DNA from: a virus
Taxonomy: Duplodnaviria > Heunggongvirae > Uroviricota > Caudoviricetes
Strand: one strand, 5' to 3'
Virus record (IMG/VR): IMGVR_UViG_3300020156_000001
Span: 330,321 to 394,320 of that record
DNA length: 64,000 nt
Numbering within the stretch: the first letter of the stretch is position 1; each line of letters starts with the position of its first letter. The position numbers and the translations under genes were made by a program. Shown piece by piece: positions 9,622-17,791 of the stretch. The notes beneath the pieces were generated by a model. That model did not search any database, had not been told where the DNA came from, and was given only the letters and a program-made list of their open reading frames with translations.

Positions 9622-10092
9622 TTAGCTGGATTGGTGTAATGCTGCAATAGCTGGCAAGTCGATGCCTTGGAGTTCAAGCATTTGGTATCCAACCTCAAGC
9701 TTGAACACCATTGGGCTGATAATCGTGTGAGGCTTTACAATCCAAATACTGTCAAACGTGCGGATGTGATAGTAAACGGGATCCGCATACTTGCGCATAA
9801 AGTCCGTAGTTTGCGCCGCAATCGCCTTATTTTGTACCTTGTAGTTGACGTATCGCACCATCCGCACAAACTCTTGCTCAAACGTATTGGTGTCGGGGTC
9901 CAATATGGTGTTTTGGCTTTCAAGTGTGAAGAATTGTGGATCGCAAACGTAGAATACTTGAAATCCACTGAAATCAACTGTGGGAGACTCATTCTCGGAA
10001 ACGAGCACCCGCATATCCTGCCATTCGCTCGCAATATACGCGCGAGCGTCTTCGGTAATGTTATCTTCCTGTAATAGTGGATGTGAGCTCAA
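9622..10092 (-). CDS. Hypothetical protein
   Basis: TTG start overlapping the stop of the gp47-like gene; 156 aa. Confidence 0.55.
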   Translation of the reverse strand: MSSHPLLQEDNITEDARAYIASEWQDMRVLVSENESPTVDFSGFQVFYVCDPQFFTLESQNTILDPDTNTFEQEFVRMVRYVNYKVQNKAIAAQTTDFMRKYADPVYYHIRTFDSIWIVKPHTIISPMVFKLEVGYQMLELQGIDLPAIAALHQSS

Positions 10093-11120
10093 GTTAGGCT
10101 CCGGTAAATGTCGATGAGAACAGCTTTGTCCATTGTGAGAGAGTCGATATTCTTCAAACCCTCAATAACAATCTGATCAACGCTTTGGAACGTTACGTTG
10201 GCATCAGCAAAGTCTTGCTCATCGTTTTTCTTCGCACTTGGTATAATATCTAACTTGCGCGGAGTAAACTGCTGAATGAAAACTTCCTTGATGAACTGGA
10301 TCTCTTCGTAAGTGATGTCCAAATCCGAAACGATCTTTGCAAAGGTGCGTCCAGTAATGTGGTTCAACGGATCTTCAAGCAGATCCGAAAGATTCATTGT
10401 GCGGTAGCGAGGCGCACCAGGCCAGTTTACAAACTGTGGAGTTTGACCCCATTCCAGCAAAACCATGCCACGTTCATCATCCCAAGTATCCGCAAAGTTG
10501 TGGCCGAATGGGCTACCAACGTAGCAGACTTTACCCTTGACTTGGCGCTTGTGGAAGTGGCCGGAAAACGCCATAAACTCAAGTGCATCAAAATGCGTTG
10601 CGTTGAGCCCACCGTGATCGGGCATTTCAACCATCGCGTTCATCATAAAGTTGGGCAGCTCAAAGTGACCAAAAATATAGGATGATTTTGCCGCATACTT
10701 GGGGATTTGCTTCCAGTCATCACCTACGAGCCACGGACAGAATGTAACACCACCCGCATGTAGGAAATCGTTAACAAACGTGATGTTCTCGAAATTCCGC
10801 AGCATTGGAATCGACGACAGCTCACGCTTTTCCTTATAGTAGAGGTCGTGATTGCCTGAGATAAAGTAGATGTGCTTGAAGTTTTCGTTCAAGCGTTCCA
10901 TGTTTGAAAGAGAATAGTTTAGCGTACTAACGTGGATACTGTGGCGATTGTCGTGCCAGTCACCCAAGAAGATAACAGTATCAACGTCAAAATCTTTAGC
11001 CTGCTGTATAAACCACTTGATGTATTCTTCGCAGTCCATGTTGAACTGACGATCGTTGTTCTTTTTACCAAAGTGGATATCGCCAAAGATTGCGGCGCGC
11101 TTGAAAAGAGGTGCTGTCAT
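10089..11120 (-). CDS. Recombination nuclease subunit (T4 gp47 / Mre11 / SbcD-like)
   Basis: GDIHFG, LGDW, GNHD, GHFE, SGHFH metallophosphoesterase motifs; close to gp46. Confidence 0.92.
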   Translation of the reverse strand: MTAPLFKRAAIFGDIHFGKKNNDRQFNMDCEEYIKWFIQQAKDFDVDTVIFLGDWHDNRHSIHVSTLNYSLSNMERLNENFKHIYFISGNHDLYYKEKRELSSIPMLRNFENITFVNDFLHAGGVTFCPWLVGDDWKQIPKYAAKSSYIFGHFELPNFMMNAMVEMPDHGGLNATHFDALEFMAFSGHFHKRQVKGKVCYVGSPFGHNFADTWDDERGMVLLEWGQTPQFVNWPGAPRYRTMNLSDLLEDPLNHITGRTFAKIVSDLDITYEEIQFIKEVFIQQFTPRKLDIIPSAKKNDEQDFADANVTFQSVDQIVIEGLKNIDSLTMDKAVLIDIYRSLT

Positions 11121-11147
11121 AGAAATGGTTCCTGAAACTATTAACGC

Positions 11148-11177
11148 ATTATGCTAGTTCAGGAACCATTAAGTCAA
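11148..11177 (-). promoter_or_regulatory. Sigma70-type promoter TTGACT-18-CATAAT overlapping an RBS-pairing inverted repeat
   Basis: Inverted repeat 11124-11140 / 11155-11170. Confidence 0.55.
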
Positions 11178-11180
11178 TTT

Positions 11181-11477
11181 TTAAAACCAGAAGAGACCGT
11201 CTTCAAAAGTTTCGATTTTAGCTGAGCAATGTTCGGAAATTTCCTCAGCTTGTTCCTTATCAAGCTCAATGCTTTGGGTTTGGCCACGAGCGTGTTTGAA
11301 CTCAACATACCACTTTGGTTCATCGAGGATTTGCAAGCCATCGGGAGTTTTGTCGGATATGTGATACAAGCGTGCGCCTTTGCTGGCAATTGCCTCACAA
11401 ATACCCACGTGGCGACCATCCTTGGATGTAAACTCCACCCAAGGAAAACGAGGAAGAATTTGGCTATTCTTGTACAT
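11181..11477 (-). CDS. Hypothetical protein
   Basis: TAATG overlap with the upstream glycosyltransferase-like gene. Confidence 0.55.
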   Translation of the reverse strand: MYKNSQILPRFPWVEFTSKDGRHVGICEAIASKGARLYHISDKTPDGLQILDEPKWYVEFKHARGQTQSIELDKEQAEEISEHCSAKIETFEDGLFWF

Positions 11478-12352
11478 TAGGTACCAAAATCAAAGAGTGT
11501 GTTGAGCGTGGTATTTGCGCGGGGAACAACAAACTCAGTTTGCGCGTGCTGCCAACACTTCTTAAGGAATTCTGAACGATCTAGTAGGTGAGAGTCCTCA
11601 ACCATACGGAGACCCAAGTGCGCGTACTGCTGAGCAATTCGTGTGTTGCCGTCGAGCATTCTAGGAACGCGAAGTTCGGCAGCCGCAGCAAAGTGGCTAG
11701 CTTTACCAGAGAGCTCGTGTAGGACTAAGTTATGGCTTTGCAACACAGTATGTCCTGCGGCCACACAATCCACAGCAAACTTTGTATCTTCCTGCCAGTT
11801 GAAGTCAATGTCAGGGAGAACTTCGGTCATGCCATACTTGCGAAAGTTACGCACAACAAACATGCTGCCTTTGAGATCCATTGAACGCTTGAATACGTGG
11901 TTCTCTTCGTACTTGGTGCGGTTCTTATCCCAAATTGGGTTAAAGCCAATCTTCTGTGGGTTGATTGGAAAGAATACATCCACACCCGCATACGAGGGAA
12001 TTTGCTTGGCCATTTCCTCAAATAGCTTTGGTCCCAAGTTGTGCTGGGGCTTGTCATAGAGGATGGCATCATCGTCCATCATAATGCCAAAATCGTAGTC
12101 ACTCTTGTAAAAGTGTTCAAACCCAACACGGCGCGCCGGCGTAAGCTTCATCGGCGGATTGACAATATAGTTGAGCCGCTTGGATGGACCAATAAAGTCG
12201 GTTGGCTCATAATTCATCGCAATCACATTGATTGGAACTTCCGTATTGTCAAGCCACCATTGGATCTGGCGTTTGGTAATTGCGGAACGTGAGTCCCGCA
12301 ATTCTTGATTATCCAGTGGAAGAAATGAAACAATATAAGCGGCAAAGCTCAT
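11477..12352 (-). CDS. Putative GT-A fold glycosyltransferase, possibly DNA-modifying
   Basis: AR..., GIMMDDD (DxD) and a later WQEDTKF motif; lies between gp55 and gp47. Confidence 0.6.
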   Translation of the reverse strand: MSFAAYIVSFLPLDNQELRDSRSAITKRQIQWWLDNTEVPINVIAMNYEPTDFIGPSKRLNYIVNPPMKLTPARRVGFEHFYKSDYDFGIMMDDDAILYDKPQHNLGPKLFEEMAKQIPSYAGVDVFFPINPQKIGFNPIWDKNRTKYEENHVFKRSMDLKGSMFVVRNFRKYGMTEVLPDIDFNWQEDTKFAVDCVAAGHTVLQSHNLVLHELSGKASHFAAAAELRVPRMLDGNTRIAQQYAHLGLRMVEDSHLLDRSEFLKKCWQHAQTEFVVPRANTTLNTLFDFGT

Positions 12353-12549
12353 TGTTTGTCCTTTTGTCCGTCGATACGTTCTTGCAACATTTGATTAAGC
12401 ATTTGCTCAACACCCGGACCAAATGAATGCTCTATCTCTTGAGGAAGTTCCATAGTCCATTCCGCCTTTAGCTGACGGGTTTTGGCCTGAACCAAAACCT
12501 TGTCGATTTTGACCTTTGGAAACTTGGGTTTCCCATTACTTTTGTACAT
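12349..12549 (-). CDS. Small protein resembling a fragment of gp23 major capsid protein
   Basis: KIDKVLVQAKTRQLKAEWTMELPQE resembles the conserved gp23 segment IEKVTVTAKSRALKAEYSxELAQD; start and stop coupled to both neighbours. Confidence 0.55.
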   Translation of the reverse strand: MYKSNGKPKFPKVKIDKVLVQAKTRQLKAEWTMELPQEIEHSFGPGVEQMLNQMLQERIDGQKDKQ

Positions 12550-13406
12550 TACTTGGCCGCTCCTTGGGACATTTCGTGCTCAACCATACGAGTGTGCGAT
12601 GGTGTCTGACCCTGCATGATGAGAATGTCATCGCGAATGTTTTGGTTGCGCTTTTCCTTGTGGAAAACACCAGTAAACGAATTGGTCATTGTTGTGGTGT
12701 AATAGGCAAAAGGATTTTGCGAACGACGCTCATCAAACTTTAGACCAACTTGAATCAGCTGAAGCAACGACTGGTTCTTCATTTCGTCAAGATAGGAATA
12801 ACCACGCCAGTTTGGCTTTTGTGAATACCGGTCAACCAGCTTCATGTACATTTGCGCCAAACGATCCGTAATATTGCCGTGATCCATCGAGAAGTAACCA
12901 TTGTCCAAGCCATTCTTCCAATGGCTGCGACCTACTTCTTTGAATGAAAGCTTGGAGAAGTCAATCACTTCATCATGAACGTTGCCGTCATAGCTGAGCA
13001 AGAAGTGCTTGAAAGGGTTGAAGTTGACCTTTACACGGGCTTCCTCATCCTTCTTTAGCTTTTGGCTTGGCTTGAGTTCTTCCTCTGGAAGCAAAGGAAT
13101 ATGCGCGTCGGTCATGACACGAAACACAAGCTGGTCAATTGGAATCTCTTTGGGCTCAACAAGATCAACTTTGATCTGGTGCGTTTTGAGACCCTTGTTC
13201 TTTTGCACAAGCTTGGCAGCTTGCATTTGGGCAGTTGCACGCTTGGCACGTGCTTCATCAATAAGTTCCTGCGTGACCTCATTTAGGTCAAGAATGATCG
13301 CATCATACGCCGCATAGGACTTGTCGATAAAATAGCAATAGGAGCTTTTTGAACGATGGATCTCGTGAAGGAGCTCTTTATTGGAAAGGAAGTTTACCTT
13401 GGCCAT
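12549..13406 (-). CDS. Late-transcription sigma factor (T4 gp55-like)
   Basis: KPNWRGYSYLDEM...KFD..RSQNPFAYYT motif characteristic of gp55 homologues. Confidence 0.85.
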   Translation of the reverse strand: MAKVNFLSNKELLHEIHRSKSSYCYFIDKSYAAYDAIILDLNEVTQELIDEARAKRATAQMQAAKLVQKNKGLKTHQIKVDLVEPKEIPIDQLVFRVMTDAHIPLLPEEELKPSQKLKKDEEARVKVNFNPFKHFLLSYDGNVHDEVIDFSKLSFKEVGRSHWKNGLDNGYFSMDHGNITDRLAQMYMKLVDRYSQKPNWRGYSYLDEMKNQSLLQLIQVGLKFDERRSQNPFAYYTTTMTNSFTGVFHKEKRNQNIRDDILIMQGQTPSHTRMVEHEMSQGAAK

Positions 13407-13487
13407 TATATCTCTTTTAATATTGAGTTTTTGAGAACGCTTGTATAGGACAGGTGCTATACGATTCTAACGATTTTAATTAAATCC

Positions 13488-13516
13488 AGAATATAATTTC
13501 TGGTGTAAAATGTCAA
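13488..13516 (-). promoter_or_regulatory. Sigma70 promoter TTGACA-17-TATTCT for the gp55-like gene
   Basis: Near-consensus boxes with 17-nt spacer. Confidence 0.6.
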
Positions 13517-13609
13517 GTTAGGATTGATTTTATCGCGTTCTAGTTATAAGAGGGTGGGTCCAGTTATAGCTAGTTTTATTGGAAGTCATAAATACCGTAG
13601 AAGGTACAG

Positions 13610-14152
13610 ATGAGCAACATCGTTTTAGGTGGAGGTCGTTGCAATCCTCCGACACGTGGGCACTACGTTTTGATTCGCAAGCTGGAAAAGCTTGCTCAGC
13701 AACATGGGGTGCGTGCGGAAATGTTCATCATTGATGGTGAGCAAAGCGGACAGGATAAGCAAAAGAATCCACTAACTCCGGAACAACGGGTTGCAATTCT
13801 ACGGGGATGGTTTCCAAATGTTCGCTTCGATATCGCCGGCTCCGCTTATGAAGTCATGGAGATACTTGAAGTCCAGGGTAAGCGTCCTACTGTAATGGTA
13901 GCTGGCTCCGATCGGGCTAAGAAATACCGCAGACTGCTCGACTACTCGGGCTTTACTGAGGCAAAGATCTTGGAACTTGATCGCGATGACGGAGACGCCG
14001 ATGGTGTTTCCGCCACAAAGGCAAGATCTGCGGCTGCGGCTGGAGATTTTGATGAGTTTGTCCGTATGATGCCTTCTGAAGTTAACTTCAGCTCGCTACG
14101 AGAGTCCTTTGACCTCGTAAGAAAGGCACTCATAGAGGATGGCAACGGATAA
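13610..14152 (+). CDS. Cytidylyltransferase-family (HIGH-motif) nucleotidyltransferase
   Basis: GRCNPPTRGH, KNPL, VAGSDR, VSATKAR motifs; CATAAATA upstream. Confidence 0.8.
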   Translation: MSNIVLGGGRCNPPTRGHYVLIRKLEKLAQQHGVRAEMFIIDGEQSGQDKQKNPLTPEQRVAILRGWFPNVRFDIAGSAYEVMEILEVQGKRPTVMVAGSDRAKKYRRLLDYSGFTEAKILELDRDDGDADGVSATKARSAAAAGDFDEFVRMMPSEVNFSSLRESFDLVRKALIEDGNG

Positions 14153-15563
14153 CAGCAATTACGATATTGTCCAGTTAAGCGAAAGCGACTGGGCAATCCA
14201 ATACTCGGATGGTTCGCTTGTTTCCGGATACCCGGATCGACAAAACGCCATTGACAGCGCAGCGGAAATAGCCGCAACCACTGTTGTTGAAGTCAACACA
14301 GGTGCTCCTAGAAATCTTGAAGAAGCTATGGTAATCGCGCAAAGTGCGCGTGATTCATACCGTAGCTATCTGTCCAATAATCCTACCACTACACAGGAAC
14401 AACGTGACGCTTACGAAGTTGATATCGTGCGTGCGGATGCCTATGTTAGTGAGTATCAAGCTCAAACCCAACCCACGTTGAATCAAGTCCTCGGCACAAA
14501 AGAGGCATGGTCGGCAGATCAGGAAATTCAACGACAAAACGCAGACAAGGCGCGTATTGATGCTTCTGCAAATGCAGCGGCTTTGCGTGCAGGTGGTGCA
14601 ACTCCTCAGCAAATTGAAGAAGCAGACAAAGAAGCTTTTCAAACCGAGCTTTACTATCAGGGCATTAACAAGCAAAAGACCGACGCGACTTCGGGCAAAG
14701 CCGGACCAACCGATGGCACGCAAAGTGGTCTATTTGATGGTGGCCAACGCAACTTTGCTAATCAGTTTGGTCAAGTTATTTCATCGGATTCCAACATTAG
14801 CGGTTCGTCATCCAGCACCTTGGACATTACCCGAACCAGCTTGGGTAACGAGTTTGGCAACATTGGTAACACCGGCACGCTAAACCAAAGCATTGCATCG
14901 GGCAATGGTACAACCAGTTACCAAGGCAACATCATTTATGATATGAGCATTGGTGTGCGTCCAAAAACAACCACAAGTGAGCAGCGAGTAAAGCTGAGTC
15001 CAAAGCCATCAATTGCTTCAAAGATGATGACTGGCGTGTTGGAACCGCTAAAGGAAACTGGCGGCTTGGTGTTCCCCTATACGCCAGTGATTACGGTGCA
15101 GGGTTCAACAAATTACAACACGTTGGAAACAACCCACGCAAACCAAAACTGGCACATTTACCAAAACACGCCCAGCATTGACTTGTCCATTAGTGGAAAG
15201 TTTACAGCGCAGAACGAAACCGAAGCCAAGTATTTGCTCGCTTGCATCCACTTTCTTCGGGTGCTGACAAAAATGCGTTTTGGTGCATCTGAGGAAAACA
15301 AAGGTTTGCCGCCACCACAGGTTTTCTTGGATGGTTATGGTACCCATATGTTCAACGGCTTGTCTGTAATCCTCAAAAGTTATGACTTATCCTTGGATGA
15401 TGACGTTGATTATGTCAACGTCAACTCCGGAGGTGGTATCTCAAAGGTTCCCACCCTAACCGGGATCACAATCCTATGTACGGTTCAACAAACTCCAGCA
15501 AAGGCAAAGGAATTCAACTGGGACAACTTTGCTAGTGGCAATCAGATGAAAGGTTGGCTCTAA
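14139..15563 (+). CDS. Baseplate / tail-tube junction protein (gp48/gp54-like) with long N-terminal extension
   Basis: C-terminal GGLVFPYTP...FTAQN..EA.YLLA.IHFLR..TKM.FG...G.PPP...GYG motif set; context. Confidence 0.6.
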   Translation: MATDNSNYDIVQLSESDWAIQYSDGSLVSGYPDRQNAIDSAAEIAATTVVEVNTGAPRNLEEAMVIAQSARDSYRSYLSNNPTTTQEQRDAYEVDIVRADAYVSEYQAQTQPTLNQVLGTKEAWSADQEIQRQNADKARIDASANAAALRAGGATPQQIEEADKEAFQTELYYQGINKQKTDATSGKAGPTDGTQSGLFDGGQRNFANQFGQVISSDSNISGSSSSTLDITRTSLGNEFGNIGNTGTLNQSIASGNGTTSYQGNIIYDMSIGVRPKTTTSEQRVKLSPKPSIASKMMTGVLEPLKETGGLVFPYTPVITVQGSTNYNTLETTHANQNWHIYQNTPSIDLSISGKFTAQNETEAKYLLACIHFLRVLTKMRFGASEENKGLPPPQVFLDGYGTHMFNGLSVILKSYDLSLDDDVDYVNVNSGGGISKVPTLTGITILCTVQQTPAKAKEFNWDNFASGNQMKGWL

Positions 15564-15875
15564 ATGCCTATGACACGATACTCAAGTGGTTCTCCATACG
15601 CGGCTACTCCTCAAACGTCATGGTACTTGGAGAACCTTACGCTCCGCGATGTAAAGTCGGATCCAACGGACAAAGCTTATGTGATTCCTACAAACTATCA
15701 CCAACGCCCATACAACTTGAGCTTTGAGCTTTATGGGACAAAGGATTATTGGTGGGTGTTTCAAGTCCTTAATCTGGATGTGATTCGTGATCCAATCTAT
15801 GATTTTACTGCGGGTCTAACAATCCGAGTTCCAACAAAAGAACGTTTGCTTAACAACATTCAGGCAACAAAGTAA
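15564..15875 (+). CDS. Baseplate wedge protein (gp53-like, LysM-like)
   Basis: RPYNLSFELYG..DYWWVF..N...DPIYDF.AG..I.VP. Confidence 0.7.
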   Translation: MPMTRYSSGSPYAATPQTSWYLENLTLRDVKSDPTDKAYVIPTNYHQRPYNLSFELYGTKDYWWVFQVLNLDVIRDPIYDFTAGLTIRVPTKERLLNNIQATK

Positions 15876-17788
15876 TGAGCACATTTGCAACATTTCAAGG
15901 TAAGCCACCCGGCGAAACAGCCGATCAAGTAGCCAAAGGAACTGTGTTTGAACCAAACCCTTTGGCAAAGCTTGAGCAACCAAGCTACCACATTAAGTTC
16001 TATTTGGGCGATGATTTGGGTTTGGATATCAATCCTCGCTTTGTAATCGCAGAGACTGGACTCACCGCTTTCAACATTACTGATTTTGAAATTGATGCAA
16101 AGGTCGCCCCCAACCACAGCGTTAAAAATATCATGGGCACGGCACTAACGTTGACCATTATTGAACCTCTTGGAATGTCACTACCCGACAAGATCATTGC
16201 TGCGGCATCTAGATCAACCATTCAAAACTTTATGCAAGCTCCCTACTATATCAGCGTGGACTTTTTGGGTTACGATACTGATAGCGGTGCAGTTTTGAAG
16301 CCACTCTCAAAGAGCTGGGTTTGGCGCGTTATGATTACTGATTTGAAAACCGACTTGGATGTAACCGGTGGCAAGCATACGATTTCCTTTGTCGCATACA
16401 ATGACGTTGGTACGTTTGACCAGTTCAGCAACATCCGCACAACCATCCAGGTAGATGTGAGTAAAAAAGAAGGCAAGATTGGCGATGTAATGAAAGGGCT
16501 TGAGGAACAGATCAACAATGGTTTGAAAAAGTCCTACAACGTTGCCGGTGGCGGCAAAGTTCCGTTTATCATTGAAATCAAGGACGTTCCGTACAAGGAA
16601 TCCAACGATGGTGTAAAACGTCCATTTGACCACAAAATCATCCGTAACCAAAAGCATTTGGATTCAAGCCGAAATCAGGAAATCGTACAGATCAGCCGAG
16701 GCACAGATATCGGCCGTCTCGTTGACTATTTGATGAGTGTTTCTGAAACAGCAACCAAAATGCTAAACCCTGCATCATCGGGTACTGAAACAAACGGCGC
16801 ATCAAAAGAGTTTTCTACAATGCACCGTGTTGATGTAACATTGGAAAATATCAACTACGATACTAAGTCTCAGGACTACGTGCGTAAGATTACCTTCTGG
16901 ATCCGACCTCATGATTCTGTTCGTCCACTAAGCTCAACAAGTGGTACTGATGCTGCTCTCGCACAAGGCAAAGCCAAATACAATTTTATTCGTAGCAACA
17001 ACTATTTGAAAAAAGAGTACCAGTATATTTTTACGGGTGAAAACACCGAAGTTCTTGATTTTAATATCTCTTTGAACTTTAATTTTGCAGTAGCACAAAG
17101 TCTTGGCATGGGTTATCTCACTACGGAAACGGCAAGCCCAGGACGTCAGCTGGAGCCACTTGCGTTTCACAAACAAGCAAACAATGCGGGATGGTCTAAA
17201 ACATCTGATGCCGATCCACCGCTAAAGGCGTGTTTGGTTCCTCCAGGTAGTGCTGGATCGACAACTCAAGCCGGTGCTTTGCTTGAATCCCTTACCAACT
17301 ACAATGACATTGATTCCCTTGGTATTGGTCGTTCATACCTTCCAGTTGCGTTTGTTCAAGATGGTAACGATCCAAGATACCACGTAAACCAAGCTGTTGA
17401 AGGAACCAACGATCGTACTCGCAGCGTTTATGGTTCCATTTTGAATCAGCTTTACAATACTCGTGATTCAAATCTAGGCGATTTGTCAATTGTTGTGCGT
17501 GGTGATCCATATTGGCTTGGAGTAACTAATACGGAAGATCTAGAGACACCAACCTCGAATTTGGGCGCAAACTACACATTTGGTGACCAATCAGTTCTGG
17601 TCAAGTTCATGATTCCTCAAGGCATTGATGAGGAAGGAAATCCCAAGCTAGTTCTCACCGATTCCTACTCCGGATTTTATTCAATTGACAAAGTTATAAG
17701 CAAGTTCAGTCAGGGACAGTTTACACAAACCCTTCAAGGTCCACGTATCAACACGATGATGGTTTCTGAACTGCTTGGTGGAAAGTAA
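15875..17788 (+). CDS. Baseplate hub protein (gp27-like)
   Basis: Lies between gp53-like and gp5-like genes; GDPYWL and SGFY...V.SKFSQGQFTQTL C-terminal motifs. Confidence 0.55.
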   Translation: MSTFATFQGKPPGETADQVAKGTVFEPNPLAKLEQPSYHIKFYLGDDLGLDINPRFVIAETGLTAFNITDFEIDAKVAPNHSVKNIMGTALTLTIIEPLGMSLPDKIIAAASRSTIQNFMQAPYYISVDFLGYDTDSGAVLKPLSKSWVWRVMITDLKTDLDVTGGKHTISFVAYNDVGTFDQFSNIRTTIQVDVSKKEGKIGDVMKGLEEQINNGLKKSYNVAGGGKVPFIIEIKDVPYKESNDGVKRPFDHKIIRNQKHLDSSRNQEIVQISRGTDIGRLVDYLMSVSETATKMLNPASSGTETNGASKEFSTMHRVDVTLENINYDTKSQDYVRKITFWIRPHDSVRPLSSTSGTDAALAQGKAKYNFIRSNNYLKKEYQYIFTGENTEVLDFNISLNFNFAVAQSLGMGYLTTETASPGRQLEPLAFHKQANNAGWSKTSDADPPLKACLVPPGSAGSTTQAGALLESLTNYNDIDSLGIGRSYLPVAFVQDGNDPRYHVNQAVEGTNDRTRSVYGSILNQLYNTRDSNLGDLSIVVRGDPYWLGVTNTEDLETPTSNLGANYTFGDQSVLVKFMIPQGIDEEGNPKLVLTDSYSGFYSIDKVISKFSQGQFTQTLQGPRINTMMVSELLGGK

Positions 17789-17791
17789 GAT

